From Moniliella sp. 'wahieum' (Eukaryota), in assembly GCA_003971905.1 (NCBI GenBank), contig RSEE01000012.1, positions 310,001 to 374,000 of the forward strand: a DNA stretch of 64,000 nt, given 5' to 3'. The position numbers and the translations under genes are program-made. Below, piece after piece: positions 26,900-40,020 of this stretch; within the stretch, counting starts at the first letter, position 1, and every line of letters starts with the position of its first letter. Below the pieces are notes generated by a model. That model did not search any database and was not told the DNA's origin. It saw only the letters and a program-made list of their open reading frames with translations.

Positions 26900-27110
26900 A
26901 GTGCGTTAACGCATGCCGCCACCCTCCCCTGGCCAACTCTCATTTGAGCCGATGCTCCACCTCTTTGACTCTGCATGCTACAAGTCCGATTGTGTTCTAG
27001 CACTGATAACACATTTCATCACGAATCAACTCGGTCGCGTGGGGGTTCAAGATGGTATAAAAACATATAGACAACAAGGGATGCCGAATGAGACGGAGAT
27101 GGGGACGAGA

Positions 27111-27156
27111 ATGGGAATGGGGGTGGGAATGGGAGTGGGAATGGGAATGGGAATGG
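27111..27156 (+). repeat. (GGGAAT)n degenerate hexamer microsatellite
   Basis: atgggaatgggggtgggaatgggagtgggaatgggaatgggaatgg. Confidence 0.9.
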
Positions 27157-27336
27157 TGCGAAAAAACAGCGTGCGTGGCCAAAGACCCAATAAAAGTAGC
27201 CCAAGAGTTGAGGACGGCAGCCATTTATCAAAGAATCTTGGCCAGTTATCCCTCAAACCGGCAGAACCGACGCCAAGCGAACACTAACATCAAGTGTCAA
27301 TGGTAAGTTCGCATAGTGCCGTAAGAGATGAATAGG

Positions 27337-27851
27337 TTAAAGTGCTCTGGGCAATTCAACAATGCCTTGAAGGTGAGGGGGTGCAATGTCCAAAAACCAT
27401 TGGTCGTTAGGTGTGTCGCTAATCACCGCTTTGGCCACGCCTGTTGAGTCCATAGAGGCCAGTAAAAAGTAATCAGCAGCGAGGCGAACGCGTGCGGCCG
27501 GGTCGCTGACACTATCCAGTGCACAACGAGCAGGGTCGATGGGAGACAGTAGGGCCTCGGCCCTGGACAAGGATGCAAGGAGGTGCAGGACATCATCGTC
27601 GGCGGCACTAACGTCGGTAGCTGTAGGTGCTCGTACAGCTAAAGCGATCTCAAGCTCCGCAAGTGGATCCGCACGAGGACCAAGTATAGGCGGCGAGCAG
27701 CGCGAGCGGCGAGAGCAGAGCAGGAGGCACGATCGCCACCAGTAGGAACTGGCACCGCTTTAGCCGATGCTAGGTGGGGTGAAGATAGAGAAATGGAAGC
27801 CTCGAGAGTCGATTCAGGCACAGACAGGCTTCGGCGTGTTGCGACGGGCAT
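27337..27851 (-). CDS. Hypothetical protein
   Basis: MPVATRRSLSVPES joined by an indel to ...LAELEIALAVRA...AARVRLAADYFLLASMDSTGVAKAVISDTPNDQWFLDIAPPHL. No family recognised; it may extend further 3'. Confidence 0.45.
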
Positions 27852-28033
27852 AGTGGTAGCACAGCGTGACGTTGTAGTAGCAGTGGAGATAGTGGTGGAG
27901 GTGGCGATGGAGGTGGCGGAGGTGGTGTGGTTCAAGTTGAACGCGTGAGGTGAACCCTGACAGGCCGGTGACAGTGATGAGAAAGTTTGGCCGACCAAGG
28001 AAATTACAATATTTCATGTCCTCGTTGCAGGAG

Positions 28034-28611
28034 TGACTAGTGACTACTCGATGACGCATGGCCCTCACGCGTGACAGTTATTAGTCGCTGTGTCACATGT
28101 CAGGTGACACTAGTGACATGTGACATGTGACATGCGACAAAAACCTAGCGTTCCCGGTGACCGGTGGCCACCAGCGTGACACGTGAGAGCGTAGCACTGG
28201 CCTAACGCCTAACACCCCACTGGGCCAGTCATCTAGTCATGCATCATCGACCCTGCCTATTAAAAGGCTCCCTTCCTTGAAGCTTGAAGCTTGACTTGAG
28301 CCTGAGAAGTGTGCCAAGCGTAAATATAGGTGCGCATCCCCACCTCTACCCTGCGCTTTTCATTTCCACCTGACCTTCCTGAGCCCCATACCCCCTCATC
28401 CCCTTCATCAATCGCATGTGTGCTGCAAACGAAAGAAAGCCTGTCGCTTTTCTATACAGGGAGAATGAGCGGACGCACAATGCAGTAGGAACGTATACAC
28501 GACCACCCCCCCAAGGGTGGTTGCGGCCGGTTAGTCTCCACAGCTTCACTTCTCGAAGCGTTGGACGTGACGCGTGACGTGTGACGTGTGTGCGTGACGC
28601 ATGATGCATGA
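28034..28611. repeat. Cluster of 7-bp periodic TNA arrays (CTAG, CGCG, CATG, AGCT, TGCA spacers)
   Basis: TGA at 28034/28041; 28114/28121/28128; 28278/28285/28292; 28568/28575/28582; and 28595/28602/28609. Confidence 0.85.
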
Positions 28612-28841
28612 TGTGCATGATGCAGCCTCGCTGAGACCAGCACAGCGACAGTATGCAGGACCAGCAGCACGAGGCCCGCTTAGTACCGCTCTCTAACACC
28701 CCCGCATTCGGGCAGACATTCGCACACTGCACTGGCGCCGTCCCATTGGAGCGTCCGTTGAACGTGTCGAATACGTTCAACGTTTAGTCCTGACCCTTTT
28801 TCAGGCAAAGTAGGCATGGTAAAGGGTTTAAACGCCAAGAC

Positions 28842-30685
28842 CTAAGCCCAGAAGAAGCACCGTCCCGACCCATTTCCCGTTGCTACTCGCCCCGGGATCC
28901 GTGGGTGCATCACCGTCACTGCCGGAACAGCCGTGACGTGGTCTGGGTCGTAACACTCATGAAGGAGCGTACCCTCGGCCGAGTAGATCTCAGCCCGGTG
29001 ATTCATCCCGCCAATCTGTACCAGACATGCAGATGAGTATCTGGTGCCACATCAAGACCAGATGTAGAAGGGAAAAGCAAACATACTGAAAAATGGGCGG
29101 GCAGATCAGGATTCGCATGCCAGAGGGGACGCAAGGGGTTACCCATGCCCCGGTTCGGTTATTGTGAGCGAACCGGTACGGCTCTGTGAGTGGGTTGTCG
29201 TTTGCATCAACCGCCCTGGGCTTCTCATTCTTCTCCGACCATGTGGGCTTGGTATCCTGGACTGTGAGGGAGGCTGGCTTGTCAAAGCGCCACAGAGAGA
29301 TCCAATCGTCATACGACACACCAACCATCGATCGCCACGCGGCGAAAAGTCAACGCTGGTAAAGGCGTACTTGGTCTGGAACTGGCCCAGCTGAGCCTTT
29401 TCCTGCGCCTCCAGCCGCATCCGCCACCTCGCCAGTCACTTTGAATGGTGCCTTTGTTTCATCGAGCACGGCAAGCTTGCGTACATCAAAGAGTCGCACG
29501 TGCTGGTCCAACGAGGCTGTTGCCACCACAGCTGGATTCACAGGGTTGACGGTTAACGAGCCAATCTTTTTATCGGTTACCTGCCATCGACGTGCGCTGC
29601 CCGTGGCCTTTTGCTCGCGTAGGTCCAAATGAAGCAAGCCACCTTTGTGGTCCGGGAGCCACAGTTGCCGTTCGTCGGTGGCTGGATGCGGGGTAGAAGT
29701 AAAGGCACTGGCATGGGTAGAGGGGGCAAGAATGCTAAACATGCTGAAGCGAATGTCACCATTTGACTGCCAGACAGGGCGGCTGATCTGGTCAGCAAGC
29801 GAAAAAACACGAATGGACGAATCATAAGAAGAACTGAAGAGCGAATCGGGACTGGCAGGGTCAAACTTGAGGCAAGTTACACTGGCTTTGCCATGCCCGC
29901 CGGGTAAGGTGTAGGACATTCCCGTAGGCAAGGCATCCGGATCCGAATCGTGCTCTCCTTCCTCCTCGTTCTGCTCATCTCCGCGTATTGGCGTGGCTTG
30001 CGGCTGCCACACTCCAATCACTCCGTCCGTGTCGCCAATGAAAAGTAAGTTTTCGTCGCCGGGGTGGAACACCATGGAGTACACGCGCTTTGGCATCACC
30101 GCGCCCCCGGCCCGCAGTTCCATCTTGGCGAATATTGAGGACAATTCCTTCTCATCTGCCGACAGCGGAGCTCCTTTGACCTCGGCCGCCATGTCGTCGC
30201 CCAGGACCAAAGCAGCACGCTTCAAAGACGCCTGCAATGCCTCAAGCTGTGCCGAGCGCAGCTCGCCGCCGCCCAAGGCGGACAAGTCTAAGTTGCCCTC
30301 CGGTGCATCGCGTCGGTCATGGGTGGGGGCAGCTGGTTCAGGGGTAGGGGAGGAAGCGTGACGGGCGGGGTCAGCAGCGCTCATCCCGCGCAAGCGGGCG
30401 CTGGAGCGGGTGGGCAAAACGCGCTTGGCGGCTGGCTTCGATGCGCGCGGCGCCGCCTTGCGTTTGGCTCGAGCTTTGGGTGCAGCACCGGCAGTGACGA
30501 TAGGATTACTCGAGCCCATTTTGAGGGAAGAGTCGGTATCGAGCAAATGGAGCTCGCGCATGAGCTCCTGATTGCGGCGAATGTTCTCCTGCCGTTTGCG
30601 CTCACTCGAGACGCCTGGCTGTCAGCTCGGGGAGCCGGGGGCGGAGCGCGCACACAAAGAAGGCGACGCACTAGTCGGTATCCAT
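28842..30685 (-). CDS. CMR1: WD40 DNA damage-binding protein Cmr1/WDR76
   Basis: MDTD(Y)ERKRQENIRRNQELMREL across a short first intron, PTRSSARLRG, RVYSMVFHP, ATASLDQHVRLFDVRKL, HNNRTGAWVT and TAVPAVTVMHP...GNGSGRCFFWA*, all typical of Cmr1. Confidence 0.9.
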
Positions 30686-31318
30686 CGTGGGCGGAGGCAG
30701 CTGGAAGGGCTTTGCAACAGCAAGGCGGGAGCGGGTGGGTTGAGCAAGCTGGCTGAAGGAAACGCGAGCAGGAGATGCGATGCCAATTTCCAGCAGGACG
30801 CGACGAGCTGCCGGGGTATACTGACGAGGGAGGCTCTTAGCTAAGCAGCCCTGGGGGGCTTCCCGGTGTCTCCCATTTGACCTTTCAAATGGGCATTGGG
30901 TCCTGGGTGCCGGCCAGACTGAAAGTTGAAATGACGCATCCATCCAAAACCAGGTACTCAAACGCCGCCCCGGGCTTATTAATTGCACACACTCGGCCTG
31001 TGCCGGTGCGTCGGCCATCTGTGCTTTGCAAGCGCCGGGCCCAGCGCAGCACGGCGCCTGTCTCCCCCCGCGTCCCGGCCATGCACCTGCCGGTGCTGAG
31101 CTCAGCCGTCACCGGTTACCATGGTCACCGGCTCAGCGCTCACCGTGCCCAGTCAGGCTCACCTATCTGGCCAACGGCGCTCATCGGCCATTAATCATTG
31201 GCATCACCGGTGGCTGGGCAGCCAGCGCCAGAGCCAACCCACAGCCAACCCACAGCTTCCCCTCTTCTCGCCCACGCCGACGACCTCCCCCGCGCATCTC
31301 TGCGTCCAGCCTCCCTCC

Positions 31319-32839
31319 ATGTCGGCCCGCACGCTCCTCAGCCGCGCGCTCGCCCCCGCCGTGCTCAAGCCGGCTGTGCCGCGTGTCGCCGTCCCCATGG
31401 GCGCGCGCGCCCTCGCCACTCCTTCGGTCCGCACGCCCTTGACCCAGATCACCACCCTTCCCAGCGGCCTCACCGTCGCCACCGAGTCCAACCCCTCGGC
31501 CCAGACGGCTACCGTGGGTGCTTGGATCGACGCTGGCTCCCGGGCCGAGACAGATGCGACGAGCGGCACTGCCCACTTTTTGGAGCACATGGCCTTCAAG
31601 GGTGCGTAGTCGCTTCTGCCTTCTGCTTCGCCGCTCTCCGCTTCTTCCGTACCCGACTAACCTACGTACCTGTGTTTGCTCTTGTCAGGCACCAACAAGC
31701 GCTCTCAGCGTGACCTCGAGATTGAGGTGGAGAACCTGGGTGCCCATCTTAATGCTTACACATCGCGGGAGCAGACTGTCTACTACGCCAAGTCTTTCCG
31801 CAAGGATGTGGGCCAGGCGGTAGACATCATCTCGGACATTCTCCAAAACTCGAAACTGGATGTGGCGGCGATCGAGCGAGAACGTGATGTGATCTTGCGT
31901 GAGCAGGAAGAGGTCGACAAGCAGATTGAGGAAGTAGTGTTTGATCATCTGCATGCCGTTGCCTTCCAAAAGCAAGCCTTGGCCGCACCATTCTTGGGCC
32001 AGAGGAGAACATCCGCACCATCAGCCGCGACGACCTTTCGTCGTACATTAAGAAAAACTACACTGCGGACCGCACCGTGTTGGTCGGTACCGGCGGTGTA
32101 GACCACGACGAGCTGGTCAAGTTGGCGGAGAAGCACTTTTCGTCGTTGCCCAACTCGTCCACACCGCTCAAGCTTGGTACCTCGGCTTATCCGCCGACGA
32201 AGTTTGTCGGATCGGACGTGCGCATCCGTGACGATGCATTCCCCACGTGCAACTTTGCCATTGCGGTCGAAGGTGTGGGGTGGAAGAGCCCCGACTACTT
32301 CCCCATGTTGGTGCTGCAGTCCATTATGGGCAACTGGGACCGTTCGCTAGGTGCGTCACCGTTGCTGTCTAGCCGTCTGTCGCACATTGTATCGAGCAAC
32401 GGTTGGCCAACTCCTACATGCACTTCAGCACCTCCTACTCCGACACGGGCCTTTGGGGAGTCTATGTGGTGTCGGAAAATGTGGAATCTCTGGATGACAC
32501 GACACACTTTATCCTGAAGGAGTGGCAGCGCATGTCCATCGCCCCGACCGAGGTGGAGGTGGAGCGGGCCAAGGCGCAGCTCAAGGCGTCGCTTCTGCTC
32601 GGCCTCGATGGTTCGACGGCGATTGCCGAAGATATTGGTCGCCAACTGGTCACGTCTGGCAAACGGTACACGCCAGAAGAGATCCAGCTGCATATTGACG
32701 CGGTCACGCCAGCCGAGATCAAGCGGGTGGCCTCCACTTACCTGTGGGACCGCGACATTGCTGTTGCGGCATTTGGTCGCACCGAAGGTCTCTTCCCCTA
32801 CGACCGCTCCGTGCCGACATGAGCTCCATGTTGTACTAA
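31319..32839 (+). CDS. MAS1: Mitochondrial processing peptidase beta subunit (M16)
   Basis: Arg/Ala-rich presequence; HxxEH in [13 protein letters not shown]; intron ~31602-31689; [55 protein letters not shown]; ends MSSMLY*. Confidence 0.95.
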
Positions 32840-34646
32840 TGCCGGAGCGACTCTCGCCTGTTTCTTGGTCGGTTGAAAAAGCATCATCCTCAACACCCAA
32901 AGTAGTCACGATCATGGGCGTTGGGGGTGTAATAGCACACTGTAAATTTGGAGCCTGCGCGGCTTCAACCTCAAGGGAGACCTCAGGAAAAAAGAGGGAA
33001 TGATACCCCTACAAGAGGAAAGGGAGGGGAATATTTGTACCTAAGATACTAACTAAAGGGAGAGCTAGGTGAACTGCTTTGAGCAGGGGCAACTCTTTGA
33101 CACTGTCATCCTTAGTCGTCTGCTCGGAGGGATCTATTTTGGCTGTCACCTTGACCAGTGTTTATAACTTCAGAAGTGATAGTTGCGTCCACCCTGTCAC
33201 ACTCTAGTGGGGCTATAAGGCGTCGGAGGGAGACCATAATGGAGACCATGTCACGGGATGTAGCAATCGTTCAGAAGAGCAAGTAAAGTAGAGGATGTTG
33301 AGGCCTGAGCCACGGGCAGAGTGCTTTGACCAACGTCCCTTCGGTCCCTCCTCATGCCTAGGAGTTCCGTTGTTTTCTCTCTCTTGTCAAGTATGTGTGG
33401 AGGGGAGGGGCGGTTTCTTTTAATTTCATGCGTTCCAACAGATGAAAAGGTTAATGGCCACCATAAGCTTTTGTTCAGGACGTTTAAGCACATTGCCTGA
33501 TGTATATATTGCCTCTGAAGTCTGTCGAGTATATGTAGAATGTGCCTCCGCGAGCTTGCAACATGTCCTTGCATACATGCAGTGTAAGTACATATATAGG
33601 TGGGCGGAAAGTGTCATTCAGGCGAGGTTTCATAACTTAGTCCTTTAAACTTGTAGCACAAGGTCCCGGCAAGAGAGAAGAGAAGGCTGAGCAGCTGAAC
33701 GCTGTGACCCTATATACTGATGTGATGATAACAGCTGTTGATTATGAAGATATCCAGCATGGCGTATTACTGCTTCACGTACACATGCTGGTGTCGTACA
33801 ACTTTTAAGTTCGGGGATGGGACTGTGTGGGACGAGGAAGCAGCTCTTTTGTAGACCCAAGGCGGCGTCAAGCGCGTCAACGGTCACCGCCGCTTCGTCG
33901 CCGGCACCCTAGGCCCCGAAGCGTCTCAGGGGCTACAGATGGGTGGGGGCACAGTCGGGGCGCTGCGGGGCACACCAGAAGAGGGTCATCGGTCAACAGA
34001 AGTCAATATACAGTGATGAAGCTTCAAGCTTCGATGAAGAGGGGATATATATGCGCGGATGAGTACCTATGTTCTACTTACCAGTGCGGTCAAGCGCTGT
34101 GGCGATGCTACTAGGTTAGTACTGGCTATTAATACCATAATTATAGCTGGTTATATGAGTAGGTCTTACTATTATAGGCTTAAGCAATAAAAAAGTTATC
34201 CTTATATACATAGCCGCGTCACGCGGCGAACACGAGCAACAGACAGTGGCGCCGTGTGCGGTGTGTGCGGACTCCGTAAGGGGTCCTTCTGCCTTGTTAC
34301 TGTCATCAATCGCCGATATTGGCTCTCTGCTTTTGTATCCAATAGCATCACTGCAGTAACTAACAACTACGCAGGGGCCCCGATAGCAACTTGTTGTAGA
34401 CACCTTCCGCCATACGTACCTGGAAACCACACGCTAATCCCCAAGAATCCGGTTGTGCGCAACTCGTTTGCCGATAGCCCTCCCCCCACTTCAAGCTTGT
34501 TATACCTCTTATCATCGGCCTTGTGCACAGTCAGCGGTGTGTGTTTCCTCTTCCCTCCCACCATCCCCCCTTCCTCTCTCTTTTCCTCTCACTCCTTTCC
34601 CCACCTTCACCCCATCGCCACCCCATCCACTCCAAGCATTTTCATC

Positions 34647-36758
34647 ATGCCCGAGCTCTTATCTTCACCCCCGCTCCGACTGGGTCGTCGGCATCGCCAC
34701 CAGGCGGCGAACCAAGACCGCCTCTCTAACATACCCACCGTATGCCGGTGCGGGTAGTAGGGGCAGCAGCTGGGCACCATCTATCTCTAATAGCCCTCTC
34801 GTCCACCACCGCTTCCCATCAAGCCCAGGTGCCTACCATCAGCTACTTCGCCCAATCCCTTTTCTAGCCCACCAATGGTTGCGTTGGGACACAGTATACC
34901 TTCCGCCTCCCATAGTTCTACACCAACAGGCAAATGCAGCTAGCTCCAAAGCTCCAAGATGCCTACGCTTCTCTTGGATCCACCCCCGGCTCGTCGAGCG
35001 AGAGGAACATTATGCCGTCAACCCCCCTTTCCATGGGTCCCTGGCTTTGGCAGGAAGATGAGGCAGAACCGGACGACTACCTTCACGCCGAGACAGACGA
35101 TAACAAGTTCCATTGGAAGGGCATGGACTTTCGTGGATTTATCAATGTGGTGGCAGTTGTCACTCTCTTCTTCGGCGTCCTGATGCTCTTTGCTGGCTAC
35201 CCGATTCTTCGCACTTTCTAACCCCTATTCACAAAATGGTCAATCTCAACAATACAGGGCAAGTTCCACAGCTGCCTTACCTCCCTCAGTTGATTGACCC
35301 GGACACTCCCAAGTCGGCGTACTCCTGGACCTCTCCAGCCCCAGCGGCCGTAGCTGGTGCCGAATACGAGTTGGTATTTTCGGATGAGTTCGAGGCCGAA
35401 GGCAGGACGTTTTGGCCTGGAGATGACCCGTTTTGGGAAGCCTCCGATATTTGGTATGGTGCCACTGAAGATTATGAGTGGTACTCCCCGGAGGCAATCA
35501 ATACCACAGGTGGCGCATTGCAGATCACTTTGATCCAGAAGGACAATCACAACCTCAATTTTCAGTCGGGAATGCTACAAAGTTGGAACAAACTTTGCTT
35601 TCAAGGGCTACCTCGAGATGGCCGTCAAGCTCCCTGGCGTCCCGAGTCAGAGAGGGTACTGGCCTGGCCTGTGGACTATGGGAACTTGGCACGCCCAGGG
35701 TACCGTGGCACAACTGAAGGCACCTGGCCCTACTCGTATGATTAGTCCTTTCTCTTCCTCTTTTTCAAGATAGCAGCTAACATATCACTGATGTGTCGTT
35801 TTTACAGCTACCAAGCCTGTGATTGGGGTACCCTTCCCAACCAAACCAATCCAAAAGACGGCACCAGAGGCGACATAAACGCACATGGACAGTACTCTGC
35901 TGGTTACGATCATCGTCTGTCTTTCATGCCTGGACAAAAGCTAAGTTCTTGCACTTGTCCTGGGGAAGACCCTCCTGGGCCAACGCTAAACTGGGTCGAG
36001 GGGCGCCCGAGGTGGATGTGCTGGAAGCAAAATAGCGGGATGGAAGGGCAGGCAAGCCAAAGTCTTCAAATGTGTCCCTTTAGCCAAGACTACCTTCCCG
36101 TCTCCAATGATTCATACACTTGGTATGGCACGACGCATTGGAATTCATACAGAGGCGGTGTGTTTCAACAAGCCATGTCGGAGTCTCACCCATCCCGGAC
36201 AGTGCCTATCGCGATTCGCCCGGTTCGGAATACTACACATTTGGCGTGCAGATCGACCCCGACTTTGACGGTGATGGTTCCGCGGGACAGCTATCGTGGT
36301 ATTCTGGTGGCGATATCATGTGGACCGCAACAGCCGGTATGATCGGACCCCAGGCATCGGTCAACGTTTCTCAACGTTTGGTTTCGGTCGAACCCATGTC
36401 GATTGTGATGAACTTGGGTACGTCTTCGATTGGCTGCATCTCCTTTTTGTCTTTTCGGTGGGCCCAACATACTAACATTTGTCTTTGACTGGATGTCCCC
36501 CTGACTTTATTTCGTAGGCATCAGCTCAGGATTTTCCAGGTGTTCTGGGATGAGCTCGTATTCCCCGCTGTGTTTACCATTGACTATGTCCGCTTGTATC
36601 AACGGCCGGGCCAGACGCGCCTGTCGTGCGACCCTGTGGATTATCCGACGAAAGACTACATTGACCGGCATTACGAGGTTTACACTAACCCCAACTACAC
36701 GGTCTGGCCCCGCGACCAGTATCCTTGGCCCAAAAACAACCTCTTGGATGGTTGTTGA
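34647..36758 (+). CDS. KRE6: Kre6/Skn1 beta-1,6-glucan synthesis-associated GH16 protein
   Basis: EPDDYLH, a TM helix (RGFINV...LMLFAGYPI), LIDPDTP, YELVFSDEFEAEGRTFWPGDDPFWEA, SGMLQSWNKLCF, NLARPGYRGTTEGTWPYSYD, the GH16 ExDxxE motif GRGAPEVDVLEA, and IDYVRLYQ. Introns near 35740-35808 and 36418-36518. Confidence 0.93.
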
Positions 36759-39517
36759 CCGTATGGAAGGGTTCAATGATCGATTTCATATGTATATACG
36801 CCCCGGGGAGAGTCTCCTTCGTCCCAATCTCTCTCTATGTTTTCCTCGTCTATCTTTCATGCCCAACTTTCGCCTGCGACCACAGTTACCCCCTTACTCC
36901 CCCCCTTTTTTCCCCGCACGGCCATCTCAAGACTCATCCATCCTTCCTGATGCATTCAACTTTGGGAAAAGATGCATGATGATGAGAATCTTTTAAGACA
37001 ACATCTCTCGTCTCCTTGTTTTATCAACAGTTCTTTCTCTCTTGTTGTCTTTGGATTTTCTATCTATAGCTTTGTATTGACGGTGTATGTGATGCCTTCA
37101 GTGTCTCCCCTTTCCTCAATGATACATGATGGTCGATGTCTCGACTCTCCTTTTCTTTTATATACCCCCTTTTCCGTGTCGCACATGGCTTTGCTCCTTA
37201 CCTTTCCTCTCCCTCACGTGCCCCCCCCCCCCCCCCCCTTTATTGATGGTCCATCCTCTTTTCTCCGTTTCCCTTTTCCAAATTTCCTCCCCCCGATTTC
37301 TCAACCACCTCTTTCCCTGTTCCATTCTCTTTGATCATGAACCTCCTGGTCAACAGTTCTTACGCACATGTCTAGTGCATGCCACCGCAGAGTGGGTTGT
37401 GCCGCCGTTCTGTTCATATTCCTGAGGCAATACTCGTCTTGGGCACTCAGATTGAGATACGAGATGAAACTGATGAACTCTCAATGACCTCTGTTTAAAG
37501 TACGAAGAGTAATAATTTGTGTCAAGGTATACTATAGACTTAGTAGTCGATGTCGGAGAATCCACTGCGTCCGGCGGATACCACAGCTAACACAAAATAG
37601 AGAGGCATGTGGAACAATGGGGACTCAGACAACGGATACACATCACTAGTCACTCTAGTCACTACATCCCAACAGCACGTAAGCTTCCGCCCCATCTTGG
37701 ACGGGTTCCCACTATATCATACTGGCAGCCTCTGACAAAAACGATAGCGAAGAGAGAGTAAGCGCTTTTTCAATGCAGCTCCAGCCACGCCTGACATTGC
37801 ATGTATGTGACATGTGACGAGCCAGCTGTGGTGGCCAAAAGTGAAGAAGGAGCATCAGCTTGATGCACAACACCCATATATCAGCACTCGCGGTGATTAC
37901 CTGCATATAGATCATAACTCCTGATCCTGTGGTGAGTGGTGTTGTGAAGGCTTCAATTATTGCGGCTCGCGTCCCATCAGTTGATCTAGCCTCTCACGAT
38001 CACTGTTCAAACAAGCATTCCAGCAGACCGCCTCTACTGCCATCATAGCGGGGCAGTGTGCCCCCCCCCCCCCCCCCACCACCGCATAATATGCATGTTG
38101 CTGCTTTCAGCAGAGCACACCAACGAGATCTCTCTTTTCATATTTTTTTCCTCCTTCTTTGCCGCCCCCTGCCATCTTTTCTCGGCATGGCTTCCACGGA
38201 CTGATCCCGATACCGACCTGACCCATGACCAGTAATGTCCCCACAGTTGTGGATCGTATTTCATGGAGGCAGAACCTCTCAGGAAGAGTGGCGCACTTCG
38301 TCCCTTATAATCATTACTGATTTAGTCACAGTTGGGGACTCAGGCGAGGAGGATGACCTGATTTGAGACAAGGCCAGAGACCACTATAATGTAGCAATCG
38401 TTTCTATGGGAAAAGAAACATGATGATACGAAGCAAAGCCGAAGGACAAGGAAAGAACGAGGCGGGCAAGACCGATATACTGATTGGAAATGGAAGTGAC
38501 GATGAAGTTATAGCCGAACCAAGACAGAAATCACTGAATTCTCTTGCGGGCACCAGGGGTAGCATGGGAACGCCCCACATGCGTTGCTCACTGCCGTATG
38601 GATGGGCTCAACAACAGCCTCGATGAGTCTGAAATGCGTTGGCCACAAATATCCTTTTGCGGCCATGTAAAAGCTCAGGCAGAGGATGATATTACAGGCC
38701 ACTTGAGCTGTGATGAGACCTGGAGTCCTGATGGTCCTCGAGGGTGATGCAATCGCACTGGTGGTGGTGGTGGTCTAAGCCAACCAGCAACGCCTACAGA
38801 GGAACAACAAGCACGAGTCGCCACCAGGGGCTAAGCTGCGGAACAAGGAAAAACAAGAGAGAGAAAACAACGGAACTCCCACACAGGCTTGAGGAGGAAC
38901 TGAAGGGACATTGGCCAAAGCACGAGCCACCCGATGGCTCAACAAGCTGTACTCTGCGTCTGTTCGCCCCCGCCCATCTATATTTCGTGAAGCCGAGATA
39001 ACGATCGGCTACACACCAGTGCCCACTGCACTACCCCTTATTGTCAAGCTTTTCAAGGGGGGAATGAATTGATTAAACTTTTTCTTAAATCAAGATCGCT
39101 GCGTGTGGGCTGCAACTCTCACTCCTATAGCCGCCGTGTAACTTGTGATGCATGATGGAAGACCACATGACCCGGCCACTGCCTCGGCCCCATTCCTCAT
39201 TCTCTGTATACTGGGTATACTATAGCAGGAGCCACATGATGCATGAACAATAACAGCGAGGGATCAGGCCCAGGCCTCAGGGGGATCACTGATGCTCAGC
39301 CGGCATTAAACGTATTGCGCACAGCGTCTATTACAATCAACGTACCACATCCAAACTGTCCAACGTATTAATTCCTCTGTAACAAGTAATCCAACGTCCT
39401 TCCTCTGTCCTATCATGCATATCATGCCGCATATCGGGTCCGCCCCTGCGCAATTCTCTTGAGATCAATTTCCAACAGCCTCCCTCCCCCGCATATAGTA
39501 CGACGTCTGTACATCCA

Positions 39518-39524
39518 TATAAAA
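39518..39524 (+). promoter_or_regulatory. Putative TATA box
   Basis: TATAAAA followed by a CT-rich tract and caacaATG at 39585. Confidence 0.4.
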
Positions 39525-40020
39525 AAGGGCCTCGAGCGGGTTGAGTTAGGCATCTTCTCTCTCCGCCAGCTCTCAACCTCAACAATGTCTTCTCCTGGTG
39601 ACGTAGTGTAGGTGCCCGGAGATGTTTCGCTCTTCCGCCCTCGGCTGCATCTGTGAAAAGCGACCCGCTGACTCCATTTCCCTGTTTTTGGAGGTGGTGC
39701 AATCACTGTCGCGCTTGGACCGAGCCCCAAGGAAATGGTTGGTGTGAACATTGCACTTTGCCCCTTGGCTCGCAAGCGATGAATGGACACGTCTAAAAGC
39801 AGAGAGGCATTTTGCTCGATGCCGAATCTCCGCATGCATATCGTGTCGAAACATAGTTCTTGCCCCGCCGGAACTGCTTCATGGCCACGTTGATATCCAT
39901 CTCCCCTTCCGCACCTATCGGCTGCAGCATTAGTACCGGCACAAGGGGGTGTGGTGAGTCGGAGGATCGGCACCGAATCCAAACCTAGATACCCTTTTCA
40001 CCCATTCTGTTGACTCCCCT

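Noticed and set aside
27088..27306. WEWEWE / MGMGVG / PIPIP repeat peptides
   Set aside because: They are translations of the (GGGAAT)n microsatellite and are not evidence of a protein.
36760..39100. ORFs or TE remnant downstream of KRE6
   Set aside because: Pyrimidine-rich 3' sequence and short ORFs with no RT, integrase or transposase motifs that I can recognise.
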